A stretch of DNA of 64,000 bases from Calditrichia bacterium (GCA_050633245.1 JBOEGD010000012.1:1-64000); one strand, 5' to 3'; shown: positions 38,539 to 49,931, counted from the stretch's first letter. A program made the numbers and translations. The notes: generated by a model from the sequence alone, not told the origin.

Positions 38539-41351
38539 AAAAAGAAAATATGCAGATGATCATAAACGGTAAAGCGATCTCCTTTACCGAAGGCGAAACT
38601 ATCCTGAGTATCGCTGACCGAAATGGCTGGAAAATCCCCACACTTTGCCACGATCCGCGTCTGGACCCCGCAGGAGCCTGCCGCACCTGTCTGGTTGAAG
38701 TAGAGGGATCACGCCGACTGGTTCCCTCTTGCGCTCAAAAAGCAACAGATGGCATGGTGGTAAGCACCGAAAGCCAACGTATAGACAGACATCGCAAGTC
38801 GCTGCTTGCTCTGTATATGACCGATCACCCGCACGATCGTGCACTTGCCGAAATAGGATCTCCAAATCAGCTGCTCGATATGGTTGAACAATTTCAGGCC
38901 CCCACCAGCTGGGGACAGATGGAATCGCAGCGCGATCACCGCGATCACGATCATAATCCCTATATCCATTTTAATGCCGAAACCTGCATTGCCTGCGCCC
39001 GCTGTGTGCGCTATTGCGAGGAGATTGAAGCAGTCTCTGCCATTACTTTGGCCAACCGGGGATCCAAAACAACCATCTCTACCGTTGATGATCTGTCGCT
39101 GCTGGAAACAACTTGCGAAAAGTGCGGCGGATGTATTGATGTCTGTCCCACCGGAGCAATGACGGAGAAACTACCGTTAACCCGGAGCGCAAAGCCGGAG
39201 CGCGAGCTACAAAAGGTCCGCTCCACCTGCAATTTTTGCGGCGTGGGCTGTCAACTCGATTTGAATGTTGACCCGACGGCAAACAATGGTAATGGGCAGA
39301 TCGTTAAAGTGTCCAGTCCTCCTCCCGGCACCACTACAAACGACGGGAATCTCTGCGTAAAAGGACGTTTTGCTTACGACTTTATTCATCATAAAGACCG
39401 CCTTACCCAACCACTGATTCGCAGAGAAGATGGAGAATTGCACCCTGCCACCTGGGACGAGGCCCTACAAACGGCCGCAGACGGATTGCAACAGGTTGCA
39501 AAACGTCACGGCCCGGACGCGCTGGCGTTTGTCAGCTCTTCACGCTGCACGGTAGAAGAAAATTATCTGGTGCAAAAGCTGTCCCGGGGAGTCTTCCGCA
39601 CCAACAATGTGCATCAATGCGCCGCCACATGACACGCTCCTACTGTGGCCGGTCTGGTCAACACGTTTGGAGCAGGTGCAATGACGAATTCAATTGGTGA
39701 GATTCGCGATGCAGATTTTCTTTTTGTTATCGGAAGCAATACCAGTGAAGCACATCCGATTATCGCGATGGAAATGAAGCAGGCGGTACGACGTGGTGCG
39801 ACTCTTGTCGTAGCAGACCCTCGCGCAATCTGGATGACCTCCATCGCGGAGAAGCATATGCAGTTAAAACCGGGCACCGATGTCTGGCTGTTGAATGCCA
39901 TGGCACACGTTATTGTTGACGAAGATCTGATCGATCATCAATTTATCAATCAACAAACCGAAAACTTCGAGTCGGTGAAACAGGCGGTGGCAGCCTATAC
40001 ACCAGAGAAGGCGGAAGCCATTACCGGCGTATCAGCGGAGGATATTCGCTGGACTGCCCGGCGTTATGCGACGACGGAAAAAGCGGGAATTTACTATACC
40101 CTGGGAATAACCGAGCACTCACACGGAACAGATAATGTGTATGCACTGGCCAATCTGGTACTGATGACCGGTCATTTAGGGAAACCCTCTTCAGGTATGA
40201 ACCCTCTTCGCGGACAAAACAATGTACAGGGGGCAAATGATGCCGGCGCCAGTCCTATTTTCTACCCGGGATATCAGCGCGTAGATGATCCTGAAGTTCA
40301 TGCAAAATACGAAACATCCTGGGGCGTTCCTCTCTCCACCACACCAGGGCTTAATCTAAATGAGATGATGAAAGTAGCCGGGGAACGTATTAAGGCGTTC
40401 TTTATCATGGGCGAGGACATCGTTATTTCGGAGCCCAACGTGCTTCGCTTGGAAGCAGCACTCAATAATGTTGAATTTCTGATCCAGCAGGAACCCTTCT
40501 TAAATGAGACCTCTCGCTTCGCGGACGTCATTTTCCCCGCCTCAGTCTTCGCAGAAAAGGACGGTGTGTTCACAAATTCGGAACGACGGGTTCAGCGGGT
40601 ACGCAAAGCAGTTAACCCACCGGGTGAGGCTCGTGTCGACTGGCAGATCCTCGCTCAACTGGCGAACAGCTGTGGTGCCGGGTGGAATTATCAAAGCCCG
40701 GCGGAAGTCTATGCCGAGATGGTGAAAGATGCTCCCAAGTTTGCCGGTATCAGTCATGAGCGCCTTGAAGAAACGCATCGGAACCCCGGCAAGAGCGGAA
40801 TCCAGTGGCCCTGTCCAACTCCCGATCATCCCGGAACTGAATATCTTCACAGTAGCGGAGTGCTACGTGGTAAAGGTTTATTCCAAGCAGTTGAGTATTC
40901 TCCATCGGCAGAGCTGCCGGATGAAGAATATGGCCTGGTCCTGTCCACCGGAAGAACCCTATACCACTATAATGCTGCCACACAAACGCGACGGGAGTCT
41001 GGGCTGCATATGAAGCAATCGGAAGCCTTTATCGAAATCCATCCGCGCGATGCGAGAAAGCGCGGCGTGCAGCACAAGGACTTGGTGGAAGTGAAAACCC
41101 GTCGTGGCAGCGTAAACTTGCGGGCACTTTATTCGCGGCAGGTGCGCCCTGGCTGCATCTGGATGCCCATGCACTTTGCAGAGGCTCGGGCAAATGTCCT
41201 CACGAATGATGTAGGCGATAAGGTTACCGGAACCGCAGAGTATAAGGTCTGCGCAGCGGAGGTTAGACCTATTGAACGGGCTAAAGAAGGCGATACGCTT
41301 TTCCCAGGCGCCTATTTTCATGAAAACGGACCAGGCAATGGCAGAACATAA
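38535..41351 (+). CDS. fdhF: Formate dehydrogenase alpha subunit, selenocysteine-containing (UGA at 39630-39632), about 938 aa
   Basis: Joins track ORFs 38466-39632 and 39645-41351 in frame as NNVHQCAAT-U-HAPTVAGL. Has the N-terminal Fe-S motifs, CNFCGVGC, LCVKG, LRGQNNVQG and a molybdopterin-binding C-terminus. ATGA overlap with the upstream gene. Confidence 0.93.
39633..39673 (+). promoter_or_regulatory. Bacterial SECIS element of the FDH alpha gene
   Basis: Lower stem GCTCC(39636-40)/GGAGC(39669-73) and upper stem TGGCC-GGTCT-GGTCA. The GGUCU apical sequence matches that of the E. coli fdhF SECIS. Confidence 0.8.
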
Positions 41352-41602
41352 ACGGGCTCTTATCAATCGAAATTAAATTCCGGATTCTTCCGGGCTTCAA
41401 GTTAATGGGGTGACCATTCCGCACGATCTGTTCTATTTGCTTTTGTTGTCCCAAATTCTTACCATTTAATATACAATTTCCTATTCTTTCTCTGCACCAC
41501 GATTTCTAACAGAATTTTCTACAGCCTACTAAAACTCGATTGTAAAGCGTACATCAAACAAGTTCGTAATTATTTTATAATAACCATCTCCTGGAGGTTA
41601 CA

Positions 41603-42058
41603 ATGGTAAATTATACCCCGGAAACAAGAGGCAGCAAGAAAGAACCAACCACAACAGACGTGTTGGCCAAGGACATCATGCTCAAGAGCTTTGTTCATTT
41701 GAAAGAGTCTCTGACAACCGCAGAAGCTGCGCAAACGCTGTTGGATTACAAACTACCCGGTGCTCCGGTGGTTAATGAGCGGGAAGAGATTGTCGGGTTT
41801 CTTTCTGAGAAGGATTGCCTAAACCGAGTGATTAAATCGCGTTATCTAAACACGCCATCTATTCCGATATCCGAATACATGTCCACCGAGCTGGTCACCG
41901 TTTCGCCAGACAGCAGTTTGTTTTTCGTCGTTGAACTCTTTACCAAACATCCATATCATTGCTATCCCGTGGTAGAGCACAATAAAGTTGTCGGTCTGAT
42001 TTATCGTCATCATTGTTTAAAAGCAACGATGGAAACATATAGAAGGGGATTTGCGTAA
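41603..42058 (+). CDS. CBS-domain pair protein
   Basis: GAPVVN...VGFLSEKDCL, YMS..LVTV and YPVVE..VVGLI, with RBS GGAGG. Confidence 0.9.
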   Translation: MVNYTPETRGSKKEPTTTDVLAKDIMLKSFVHLKESLTTAEAAQTLLDYKLPGAPVVNEREEIVGFLSEKDCLNRVIKSRYLNTPSIPISEYMSTELVTVSPDSSLFFVVELFTKHPYHCYPVVEHNKVVGLIYRHHCLKATMETYRRGFA

Positions 42059-42104
42059 CAGGATAGCGGGAAAAATTCGACAGTATTTATAAAGGAACCT
42101 CAGC

Positions 42105-43574
42105 ATGAATTTTGTATTCTCGGGCTGCATAACAGCGCTTTTTACATTGACATCGCTCGCGTTCTCTCAAGGCAGCGGTAGGATAGACCTGAACAGCCTC
42201 GAGAATTATGCTAATCAGTCCCGACCATCTTATATCTTCAAAGACAACACACCGGCAAACAACCCGATTACCGATGCAGGAGCCACCCTCGGGAGGGTTT
42301 TGTTCTACGATAAAAGGCTATCGGTAAACAATTCCGTATCATGTGCCGGCTGCCATCATCAACGGCATGCTTTTGGCGACCCCAATCAGGTCAGCACCGG
42401 TGTAAACGGTATAACAGGCCGCCATTCCATGCGGCTCATCAATACGCGCTTCGCTAGAGAATGGCGCTTCTTCTGGGATGAGCGTGCCGCCTCACTGGAA
42501 CAACAATCTACCATGCCGCTTCAGGATCACATTGAAATGGGATTTAGCGGAACAATGGGTGACCCGGAGCTCGACTCACTGTTAAACAAAATGTCGACAC
42601 TGGATTATTATTCTGTCCTCTTTGACTTCGTATATGGAGACCCGGGAATATCCGAGGAACGTATACAACTGGCAATGGCCCAGTTTATTCGCAGCATAGA
42701 ATCCTTCGACTCACGCTTCGACGAAGGGCTGACGCAAACCGGAAACATGCGCGTTAATTTTCCAAACTTCACTGAATCCGAGAATGATGGCAAGTTGCTG
42801 TTTTTGAACTTTCCGTTTTTTAATAATGACGGAGAGCGTGTTGCAGGCGGTGCAGGCTGCGCCTTTTGTCACAATCCGCCGGAGTTCAACATAAGAGCGG
42901 GTTCCGGAAATAACGGCTTTACACGCAAAATCGGCGGCGGCAAAGATTTCAGTATTACCCGTTCCCCTACACTGCGCGATATCGCAGCTGCAAACGGGGA
43001 CTTACACGGTGGACTTATGCATACGGGAGACAGGAATACCTTACAAGAAACGATCGATCATTATGATGATATCCTTATCGAGACAGGCAATTTTCGAATC
43101 GACCCGGTGTTGGTAGTTGGAGGCCGCGGCTGGCGCCTCAGGCTAACACCGGGTGAGCGAATTGCCTTGGAAGATTTCATAAAAACACTGACTGGCTCGA
43201 ACGTTTACACCGATCTTAAATGGTCGGATCCATTTGATGCAAACGGCGATTTGGAAATTACTCCACCTTCAACCACAGGCACTGAGCCACAGGCCCCTGC
43301 CGATGCCCTTACCTTTGAGCTTGCGCAAAACTATCCAAACCCATTCAATCCGTCCACTACTATTTCCTATCGTATCGGCCAGTCCAGCCGGGTAAACCTT
43401 AGCGTTTATAATATTCTGGGAATGGAAATCACCACACTGGTGAATAAATTTCAGGAAGCTGGGAGGTATGATATTCCGTTTAACGCAGAGAATTTACCGG
43501 CAGGTGTATATTTTTATCGCCTGACAGCAGACAGACAGCCGGTTGAAACCCGTAAAATGCTGCTAAGTAAGTAG
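42105..43574 (+). CDS. Di-heme cytochrome c peroxidase/MauG-family protein with CTD, copy 1
   Basis: LGRVLFYDKRLS, CAGCH, FFWDERA, CAFCH, PTLRD, LMHTG and QNYPNPFNP. Confidence 0.9.
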   Translation: MNFVFSGCITALFTLTSLAFSQGSGRIDLNSLENYANQSRPSYIFKDNTPANNPITDAGATLGRVLFYDKRLSVNNSVSCAGCHHQRHAFGDPNQVSTGVNGITGRHSMRLINTRFAREWRFFWDERAASLEQQSTMPLQDHIEMGFSGTMGDPELDSLLNKMSTLDYYSVLFDFVYGDPGISEERIQLAMAQFIRSIESFDSRFDEGLTQTGNMRVNFPNFTESENDGKLLFLNFPFFNNDGERVAGGAGCAFCHNPPEFNIRAGSGNNGFTRKIGGGKDFSITRSPTLRDIAAANGDLHGGLMHTGDRNTLQETIDHYDDILIETGNFRIDPVLVVGGRGWRLRLTPGERIALEDFIKTLTGSNVYTDLKWSDPFDANGDLEITPPSTTGTEPQAPADALTFELAQNYPNPFNPSTTISYRIGQSSRVNLSVYNILGMEITTLVNKFQEAGRYDIPFNAENLPAGVYFYRLTADRQPVETRKMLLSK

Positions 43575-43691
43575 AGACCCGACTGGAAGGCACTGGCTCG
43601 CCGGCATGCACCCCTGTCAACGAGCTGGTAGCGTTACTGAAAAAGCAGTAGGTTATTATTGTAGGCATGACACGAAGAAAGGAATTTCAGA

Positions 43692-45164
43692 TTGAATTTT
43701 GCACGCTTGAAGTATATCCCGACAGCATTAGTAGTGCTTACATCGCTCGCCTTCTCTCAAGGCAGCGGTACCATCGACCTGAACAGTCTCGAGAATTACG
43801 CTGATCAGCCCCGCCCATCCTATATTTTAAAAGACAACACTCCGGCAACCAATCCGCTTACCGATGCCGGAGCAACCCTCGGCAGAGTATTATTTTATGA
43901 TAAGAGGCTCTCGGTAAACAATTCCGTTAGCTGTGCCAGTTGCCACCATCAACAATTTGCTTTTGGTGATCCTGACCAGGTGAGCACAGGCGTAAATGGC
44001 ATTACCGCCCGCCATTCAATGCGACTCATCAATACACGTTTTGCCGAAGAAAAAAAATTCTTTTGGGATGAACGTGCCGCTTCGCTGGAAGAACAAACAT
44101 CGATGCCGCTTCAGGATCATATCGAGATGGGATTTAGCGGAACGATGGGTGATCCAGAGCTCGATTCGCTGCTAAATAAAATGTCTGCACTGGAATACTA
44201 TTCGATTCTCTTCAAATTTGTATATGGAGACGCAGCCATATCCGAGGCACGCATACAGCTGGCAATGGCTCAGTTTATTCGCAGTATAGAGTCTTTTGAC
44301 TCACGCTTCGATGCCGGACTGACACAAACTGGCGACATAGACGCGTATTTCCCGAACTTCACTAAGGCTCAGAACTCCGGAAAACAGCTGTTTCTGGGAA
44401 CACCGGTATTTAATAATGATGGCGAGCGTATTGCGGGAGGCGCCGGATGTGCATTATGCCATACTCCTCCGGAGTTCGACATTAAACCAGGCTCCGGGAA
44501 TAACGGCTTTACTCGTAAACTTGGCGGTGGAAATGATTTTAATATTACCCGTGCTCCCACCCTGCGCGACGTTGTCAAATTCAACGGCGCTTCGAACGGT
44601 GGACTCATGCATACGGGTGGCATGTTCAGCATAATCCATGTGATCGACCATTATGATAAGATTGAGATCGTGGAGGGCAACGAACAAATCGACTCGGTAC
44701 TGGTGAGAAGCGGCAGGGGTTGGAACCTCCTGCTCTCTACTCAAGAGGTTAGAGATCTGTTCAGATTTATTGCAACACTGGGCGGTACAAATGTTTATTT
44801 CAACCCCAAGTGGTCCAATCCATTCGACGCAAACGGCGATTTGGAAGTGATTCCACCAACCACCACAGGCATTGAGCCTCAGGCTCCTGCTGATGCACTG
44901 ACTTTTGAGCTGATGCAGAACTATCCCAACCCATTCAATCCATCGACGACGATCTCCTACCGAGTCAGTCAATCCAGCCGGGTAAACCTAACCGTCTATA
45001 ACATTTTGGGAAAGGCAATTGCCACACCGGTAAATGGATTTCAGGAAGCGGGGCGCTACAGCATTTCGTTCAACGCGGCTGATTTAACAGCCGGAATTTA
45101 TTTTTATCGTTTAACTGCGGACGGCCAGCAGGTCGCAACCCGAAAAATGCTGCTGAGTAAGTAA
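43692..45164 (+). CDS. Di-heme cytochrome c peroxidase/MauG-family protein with CTD, copy 2 (tandem paralog)
   Basis: CASCH and CALCH, the same motifs as copy 1, and long identical stretches. TTG start behind AAAGGA. Confidence 0.9.
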   Translation: MNFARLKYIPTALVVLTSLAFSQGSGTIDLNSLENYADQPRPSYILKDNTPATNPLTDAGATLGRVLFYDKRLSVNNSVSCASCHHQQFAFGDPDQVSTGVNGITARHSMRLINTRFAEEKKFFWDERAASLEEQTSMPLQDHIEMGFSGTMGDPELDSLLNKMSALEYYSILFKFVYGDAAISEARIQLAMAQFIRSIESFDSRFDAGLTQTGDIDAYFPNFTKAQNSGKQLFLGTPVFNNDGERIAGGAGCALCHTPPEFDIKPGSGNNGFTRKLGGGNDFNITRAPTLRDVVKFNGASNGGLMHTGGMFSIIHVIDHYDKIEIVEGNEQIDSVLVRSGRGWNLLLSTQEVRDLFRFIATLGGTNVYFNPKWSNPFDANGDLEVIPPTTTGIEPQAPADALTFELMQNYPNPFNPSTTISYRVSQSSRVNLTVYNILGKAIATPVNGFQEAGRYSISFNAADLTAGIYFYRLTADGQQVATRKMLLSK

Positions 45165-45236
45165 AGAATGCTCCTTTAATTGCTCAACAGCATCTAAACC
45201 GAGTCGGTAAATCAACTTGTTTTTAGCGGAAGTGCA

Positions 45237-46814
45237 CTAGACACTTCCCAAGGCGATGTAAATACCAATGGTTACGGCAACTAGACCTATTCCAAACCCT
45301 CTCGCATACTTCCACTGCGTCATGTCTACCACGCCAACATCCTGTATTTTAAATACTTCTTTGGGAGGATAAAAATATGATGCAATGTGCATTGCTACGA
45401 CATTTAGCACAAACTCGATGCCCCAGATATGTACAAAATGCAGATCAACTTTCAGAATAAAGTAAGTGGTTATATAAAAGGCAAACCCAAACAGTAAGCC
45501 AACCTTTGCGCCGGTAGCCGAAACTTTTGGGAAAAAGAATCCAGCCAGTATTACGGTAGCCATTGGAATAAAAAAGATGCCGTTAAGTTCTTGTAGCAGC
45601 TGATACAAGCCTTCCGGAGCATCAGCAACTAAGGGTGCAACAGCAATAGAGACAACAGCAAGGATAAGAGACACCGTTTTCCCCATCCACACCTGCTGCT
45701 TTTCACTGGCATCCGTATTTAGATAGCGTTTGTAAACCCCGAGACTAAAAATAGTTGCCGCACTGTTTAACCCACTGTTAAACGTACTCAAAACAGCCCC
45801 CATTACCACCGCGACAAAAAAACCTGTCATCCAGTAAGGCAATACTTTGTTTACCAATAGCGGGTAAATAGTATCCTGCTCATTATACAGTGAATCTCCA
45901 AAGTGATAATAGGCGATAAGTCCGGGCAGGATAATAACAATGGGAATAAGGATTTTCAAAATACCGGCATATAGTAAGCCTTTTTGCGCCTCAACTAAAC
46001 TTTTTGCCCCGAGGACGCGCTGAATGATTGACTGATGCATGCACCAGAAATAGAGCTGATTCACAATCAATCCTGTAAATAGCACTTCAAAAGGTAGTAT
46101 AGAATCTCGTGCTCCAATAACGTTAAACTTGGAAGGCTCATATTCAAACACCTTTACCAAACCAGAGGCAATGTTTCCATCTCCAATGCTCCAAAGGGCC
46201 AAAACAGGTATCAAAACTCCGGCTATCAGCAATCCATAACCATTAACCGTGTCTGTATAGGCAACCATTTTTAATCCACCAAATATGGCATAAATCGATC
46301 CGACGACCCCAATAGCAATAACTGTAATCCACATTCCCGTTCCTTGAGACACTCCCAGCATTTCAGAAATATTGAAGATGCTTTCGATATTAATCGCACC
46401 GGTGTACAGCACAATTGGCAGAAGTGTCGTAACAAAGGAAATAATTAACAATAAGGCGATCATTGTTCTGGTCATACCATCAAACCGATGTTCCAGGAAC
46501 TCCGGTATTGTGGTTAGTCCCATCTTCAGATACCGAGGCACAAAATACAGTGCCGCCGCCACCAACGCGACCGCCGATGTTACTTCCCACGCGATGATTA
46601 TGGCACCAAAACGATAGGAAGACCCATTCATGCCGATTAAATGTTCGGTAGAGATATTGGTTAACAACATCGATCCGGCAATCACAACGCCGGTTAAACT
46701 TCGCCCCCCTAAGAAATATCCATCTTTGGAATCCAGATTGTCTTTTCTAAGACGATAGGCCGAATAAATTGCTACAAACGCAGTAAACCCCAGAAAGCTC
46801 AAAAATTGAATCAT
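45237..46814 (-). CDS. Solute:sodium symporter (YidK/SGLT-like)
   Basis: GYFLGGRSL, LLTNISTEHLIG, IFGGLK.VAYTD, and QR.LGAKSL.EAQKG, with about 13 TM segments. Confidence 0.92.
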   Translation of the reverse strand: MIQFLSFLGFTAFVAIYSAYRLRKDNLDSKDGYFLGGRSLTGVVIAGSMLLTNISTEHLIGMNGSSYRFGAIIIAWEVTSAVALVAAALYFVPRYLKMGLTTIPEFLEHRFDGMTRTMIALLLIISFVTTLLPIVLYTGAINIESIFNISEMLGVSQGTGMWITVIAIGVVGSIYAIFGGLKMVAYTDTVNGYGLLIAGVLIPVLALWSIGDGNIASGLVKVFEYEPSKFNVIGARDSILPFEVLFTGLIVNQLYFWCMHQSIIQRVLGAKSLVEAQKGLLYAGILKILIPIVIILPGLIAYYHFGDSLYNEQDTIYPLLVNKVLPYWMTGFFVAVVMGAVLSTFNSGLNSAATIFSLGVYKRYLNTDASEKQQVWMGKTVSLILAVVSIAVAPLVADAPEGLYQLLQELNGIFFIPMATVILAGFFFPKVSATGAKVGLLFGFAFYITTYFILKVDLHFVHIWGIEFVLNVVAMHIASYFYPPKEVFKIQDVGVVDMTQWKYARGFGIGLVAVTIGIYIALGSV

Positions 46815-47210
46815 AACTGCACCGCCGACATTTTGTTATTCTTACGCTCGTTGGTCTGAGAGTGGTTCAGCAGGTCTGCGAAGCACTGCCATTTAATGAT
46901 CGAGCCTATTATAAATACGCGAATGAATCGACATAAAAAAGGGGCAGAGTGAATAGAACCCAATTTTGCATTGTTCGAATTAATAAGTATACTTATTTCA
47001 AATGGCCTGTTGAAAGACCAATACAGGTTGCCAAATCAACAGCCCGGCCCCTGACTCAGACTTTAATTAGTTCGCTCGTATATAAAGCAAATAGATAATG
47101 CAGGACTCAACGTCAGACAAAACAGCTTGAACCTGCCTTCCTGTTAAGAATTGATTTTACAACGCGCTCAACTACTTATTCTTTGTGACCAAATTAAGGA
47201 GGTCCAACAA

Positions 47211-49931
47211 ATGCAAGCTAATCAACCGTATTCAAGGGCAGCAAAACTCTATCAAATTCTAATTGTGACTTTTGCTTTTTGCTTTGTGCTCTCAACACAC
47301 CTTCAAAGCCAGGAGACGTTTGGAAATATTGATGGAAGAATTACAGATGGTGATGGCAAGGCTTTAACTGGTGCAAACGTGATTCTACAAGGAGCAAATA
47401 AGGGCACCGCAACGGATTTAAATGGACGCTATAATATAAACCGGGTTACTGCAGGGTCTTATACCTTGGAAGTTTCTTACATTGGCTATCAGACACAGAC
47501 GGTTGAAATTAGCATCAGCGACGGACAGACTACAACCCAAGACATTCAGCTGAGCGCTGCGATTTTTGATGTGAGTGAAGAGGTCGTTTGGGGAATTCGT
47601 GCAAAAGGACAAGCTGCTGCACTTACCAGACAAAAAAATGCTGCAAATATTGTAAACATTGTTGCTGCTGACCAGATGGGACGCTTTCCCGATGGTAATG
47701 CCTCTGAAGCTGTTCAGCGCGTACCGGGCGTCGCTCTGGAGCGAGATCAGGGTGAGGGGCGCTATATTCAAATTCGAGGCGGCTCTGCACTAATGTCTTC
47801 CATTACCTTTAATGGCGAGAGAATCCCTTCACCGGAAGATAGCAGGCAGATCGCACTTGATGCTGTGCCGGTAGACATTCTGGAATCGATTGAAGTAGCG
47901 AAAGCAATTACACCGGACATGGATGCCGATGCAATCGGAGGTAGTGTAAATCTTGTTACGAAGAAGGCGCCATTTGAGAGACTCGTAAACCTTGAGTTAG
48001 CCGGCGGATACAATGCCATACGCGAAAACGGCGGCGGGAGTGGCAATATCACATTGGGCACCCGAACGGCAAATGATAAAATCGGCATTCTTGCAAATGC
48101 CAGCTGGAATCGACGCAGTCTCGGCTCAGACAATGTGGAACCGGAGTATGATCTGGGAGACCCTGGTTTAGGTGATGACGTTCTGAGCGAACTGCAAACG
48201 CGACTCTATGATATCGATCGAACCCGAGTTGGCCTGAATACAATGCTGGATTTCCGCCATAGCAATCAGTCTTCAAATTTTCTAAATATCATTTATTCTC
48301 AAAGTAAGGACGAGCAATTACGCCGAAAGTTTGTAAATGCAGATTTTGATGATGGCGATGTATTGGAACTGGAAGATAACTGGAGAACCGAAGACCTTAG
48401 TACATTAAACCTGTCTGGCGGCGGAGATCATAATCTGAACAATGGGATGGCTATTAACTATAATGTCACCTATGTAAAATCCAGAGAAGAGAAACCAGAC
48501 ATTCAGGAAATCGTATGGGTTCAGGAAGGCCTGACCAGCTTTAGCCCATCCATCGCAGATCCCGAAAACATAACTGCTAATCCGGGATCTGTATCGGGTG
48601 AGTATGAATTCGACAAAATCGAAACGGAAACAAGCGAAATCAATAATGAAGACGTCGTTGCTGCACTCAGCTTCAGCCTTCCTCTGAACATCGGAAGCAC
48701 AGACGGGAAGCTTACATTTGGCGGTAAATTCAGAACCAAAACAAAAGACCAACAAGTTGAAGTAATGGAATATGGGCTTGTCGCTGGTGATGCAATTTTG
48801 GGAGATGGATTTGGCGAAGACTTCAGCCTGGATGGATTTAACCCGGGCAATTACCCCTTTCCGGGAACTGTTACTAATGTCGACGATTTGCAAAACATCG
48901 TCAGTTCATTTTCGTCCCGCTTTGGAGAATTGGAAAGCGAAAAAGATATCGAAGCCGATGCTGAAGATTATGAAGTGAAAGAACGTGTTGTCGCCGGGTT
49001 TGGCATGATTGAGTTGAATGTATCTGAAAAGTTTACTTTGATTCCCGGTGTTCGTTTTGAACAAACCAATGACGAAACTCAGGGTTTCGAGTTCGACAGC
49101 GAGCTGGAAACAACCGTTGCCTCACCCGTTGCGGAAGAGTCATACGGCAATTTTTTTCCTATGATGCATCTGCGCTATCGCGCGACACCCTATACGAATG
49201 TTAGAGCCGCTTATACTTCTGCTATTGCCAGACCCAATTTTTACGATCTTGTCCCCTATCGAATTCGTGATGATGAAGATTTATTTATCGGAAATGCTGA
49301 ATTATCACCAACAACTTCTGCCAATTTAGATCTGCTTGTAGAACACTACAATCAATCGATTGGCGTTCTTTCGGGCGGCATATTTTACAAACGGCTTACC
49401 GACCCCATTTTTGTTTTCGTAGAAGACAACACATTAGGTGGCGATACAAATCAGCCACGCAATGGAGAATCCGGCAATATATTTGGTGCTGAATTAGCCA
49501 TTCAGCAACAGTTAAGATTTCTTCCCGGAGCTCTCAATGGACTGGGATTCTATGGAAACTTCACCTATGTGGATTCTAAATTGACGTTGCCCGATGGACG
49601 TGAGGTTAAACTCCCGGGACAGGCAAATAATATTCTCAACCTTGCACTAAACTATGAAAAGTCGGGCTTTTTTGCGCAAACAAGTGTGAGTTATCATGGC
49701 GACTATCTAATGGAAGTGGGTGGCAGCGAGGAAGAAGATTTGTTTATCGACAAACATCTGCAGATTGATGCCTCAGCAAGCTATCAATTGTCGGAGACTT
49801 TCAATGTTTTCCTTGAACTCGTTAATCTTAACAATGAGCGATTTAAAGTATTTGAAGGGGTCAGCGAACGCCCGCGACAGCTTGAGTATTATGAAACCTC
49901 AGGCCGGTTGGGACTAAGGTTCAATCTGTAA
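47211..49931 (+). CDS. TonB-dependent receptor with an N-terminal carboxypeptidase-regulatory-like domain
   Basis: GANVIL...GTATDLNGRY, plug RDQGEGRYIQIRG, EVAKAITPDMDADAIGG and a C-terminal barrel ending GLRFNL. AAGGAGG precedes ATG 47211. Confidence 0.93.
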   Translation: MQANQPYSRAAKLYQILIVTFAFCFVLSTHLQSQETFGNIDGRITDGDGKALTGANVILQGANKGTATDLNGRYNINRVTAGSYTLEVSYIGYQTQTVEISISDGQTTTQDIQLSAAIFDVSEEVVWGIRAKGQAAALTRQKNAANIVNIVAADQMGRFPDGNASEAVQRVPGVALERDQGEGRYIQIRGGSALMSSITFNGERIPSPEDSRQIALDAVPVDILESIEVAKAITPDMDADAIGGSVNLVTKKAPFERLVNLELAGGYNAIRENGGGSGNITLGTRTANDKIGILANASWNRRSLGSDNVEPEYDLGDPGLGDDVLSELQTRLYDIDRTRVGLNTMLDFRHSNQSSNFLNIIYSQSKDEQLRRKFVNADFDDGDVLELEDNWRTEDLSTLNLSGGGDHNLNNGMAINYNVTYVKSREEKPDIQEIVWVQEGLTSFSPSIADPENITANPGSVSGEYEFDKIETETSEINNEDVVAALSFSLPLNIGSTDGKLTFGGKFRTKTKDQQVEVMEYGLVAGDAILGDGFGEDFSLDGFNPGNYPFPGTVTNVDDLQNIVSSFSSRFGELESEKDIEADAEDYEVKERVVAGFGMIELNVSEKFTLIPGVRFEQTNDETQGFEFDSELETTVASPVAEESYGNFFPMMHLRYRATPYTNVRAAYTSAIARPNFYDLVPYRIRDDEDLFIGNAELSPTTSANLDLLVEHYNQSIGVLSGGIFYKRLTDPIFVFVEDNTLGGDTNQPRNGESGNIFGAELAIQQQLRFLPGALNGLGFYGNFTYVDSKLTLPDGREVKLPGQANNILNLALNYEKSGFFAQTSVSYHGDYLMEVGGSEEEDLFIDKHLQIDASASYQLSETFNVFLELVNLNNERFKVFEGVSERPRQLEYYETSGRLGLRFNL

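Noticed and set aside
39614-39660. FDH as a nonsense-mutated pseudogene or as two separate genes
   Set aside because: The stop is UGA exactly at the catalytic Cys/Sec position, it is followed by a SECIS, and the downstream GTG has no RBS.
46830-47150. Cobalamin or glycine riboswitch between the SSS and TBDR genes
   Set aside because: Only short fragments (acctgcc, ctctcag) are present; the conserved cores are not.
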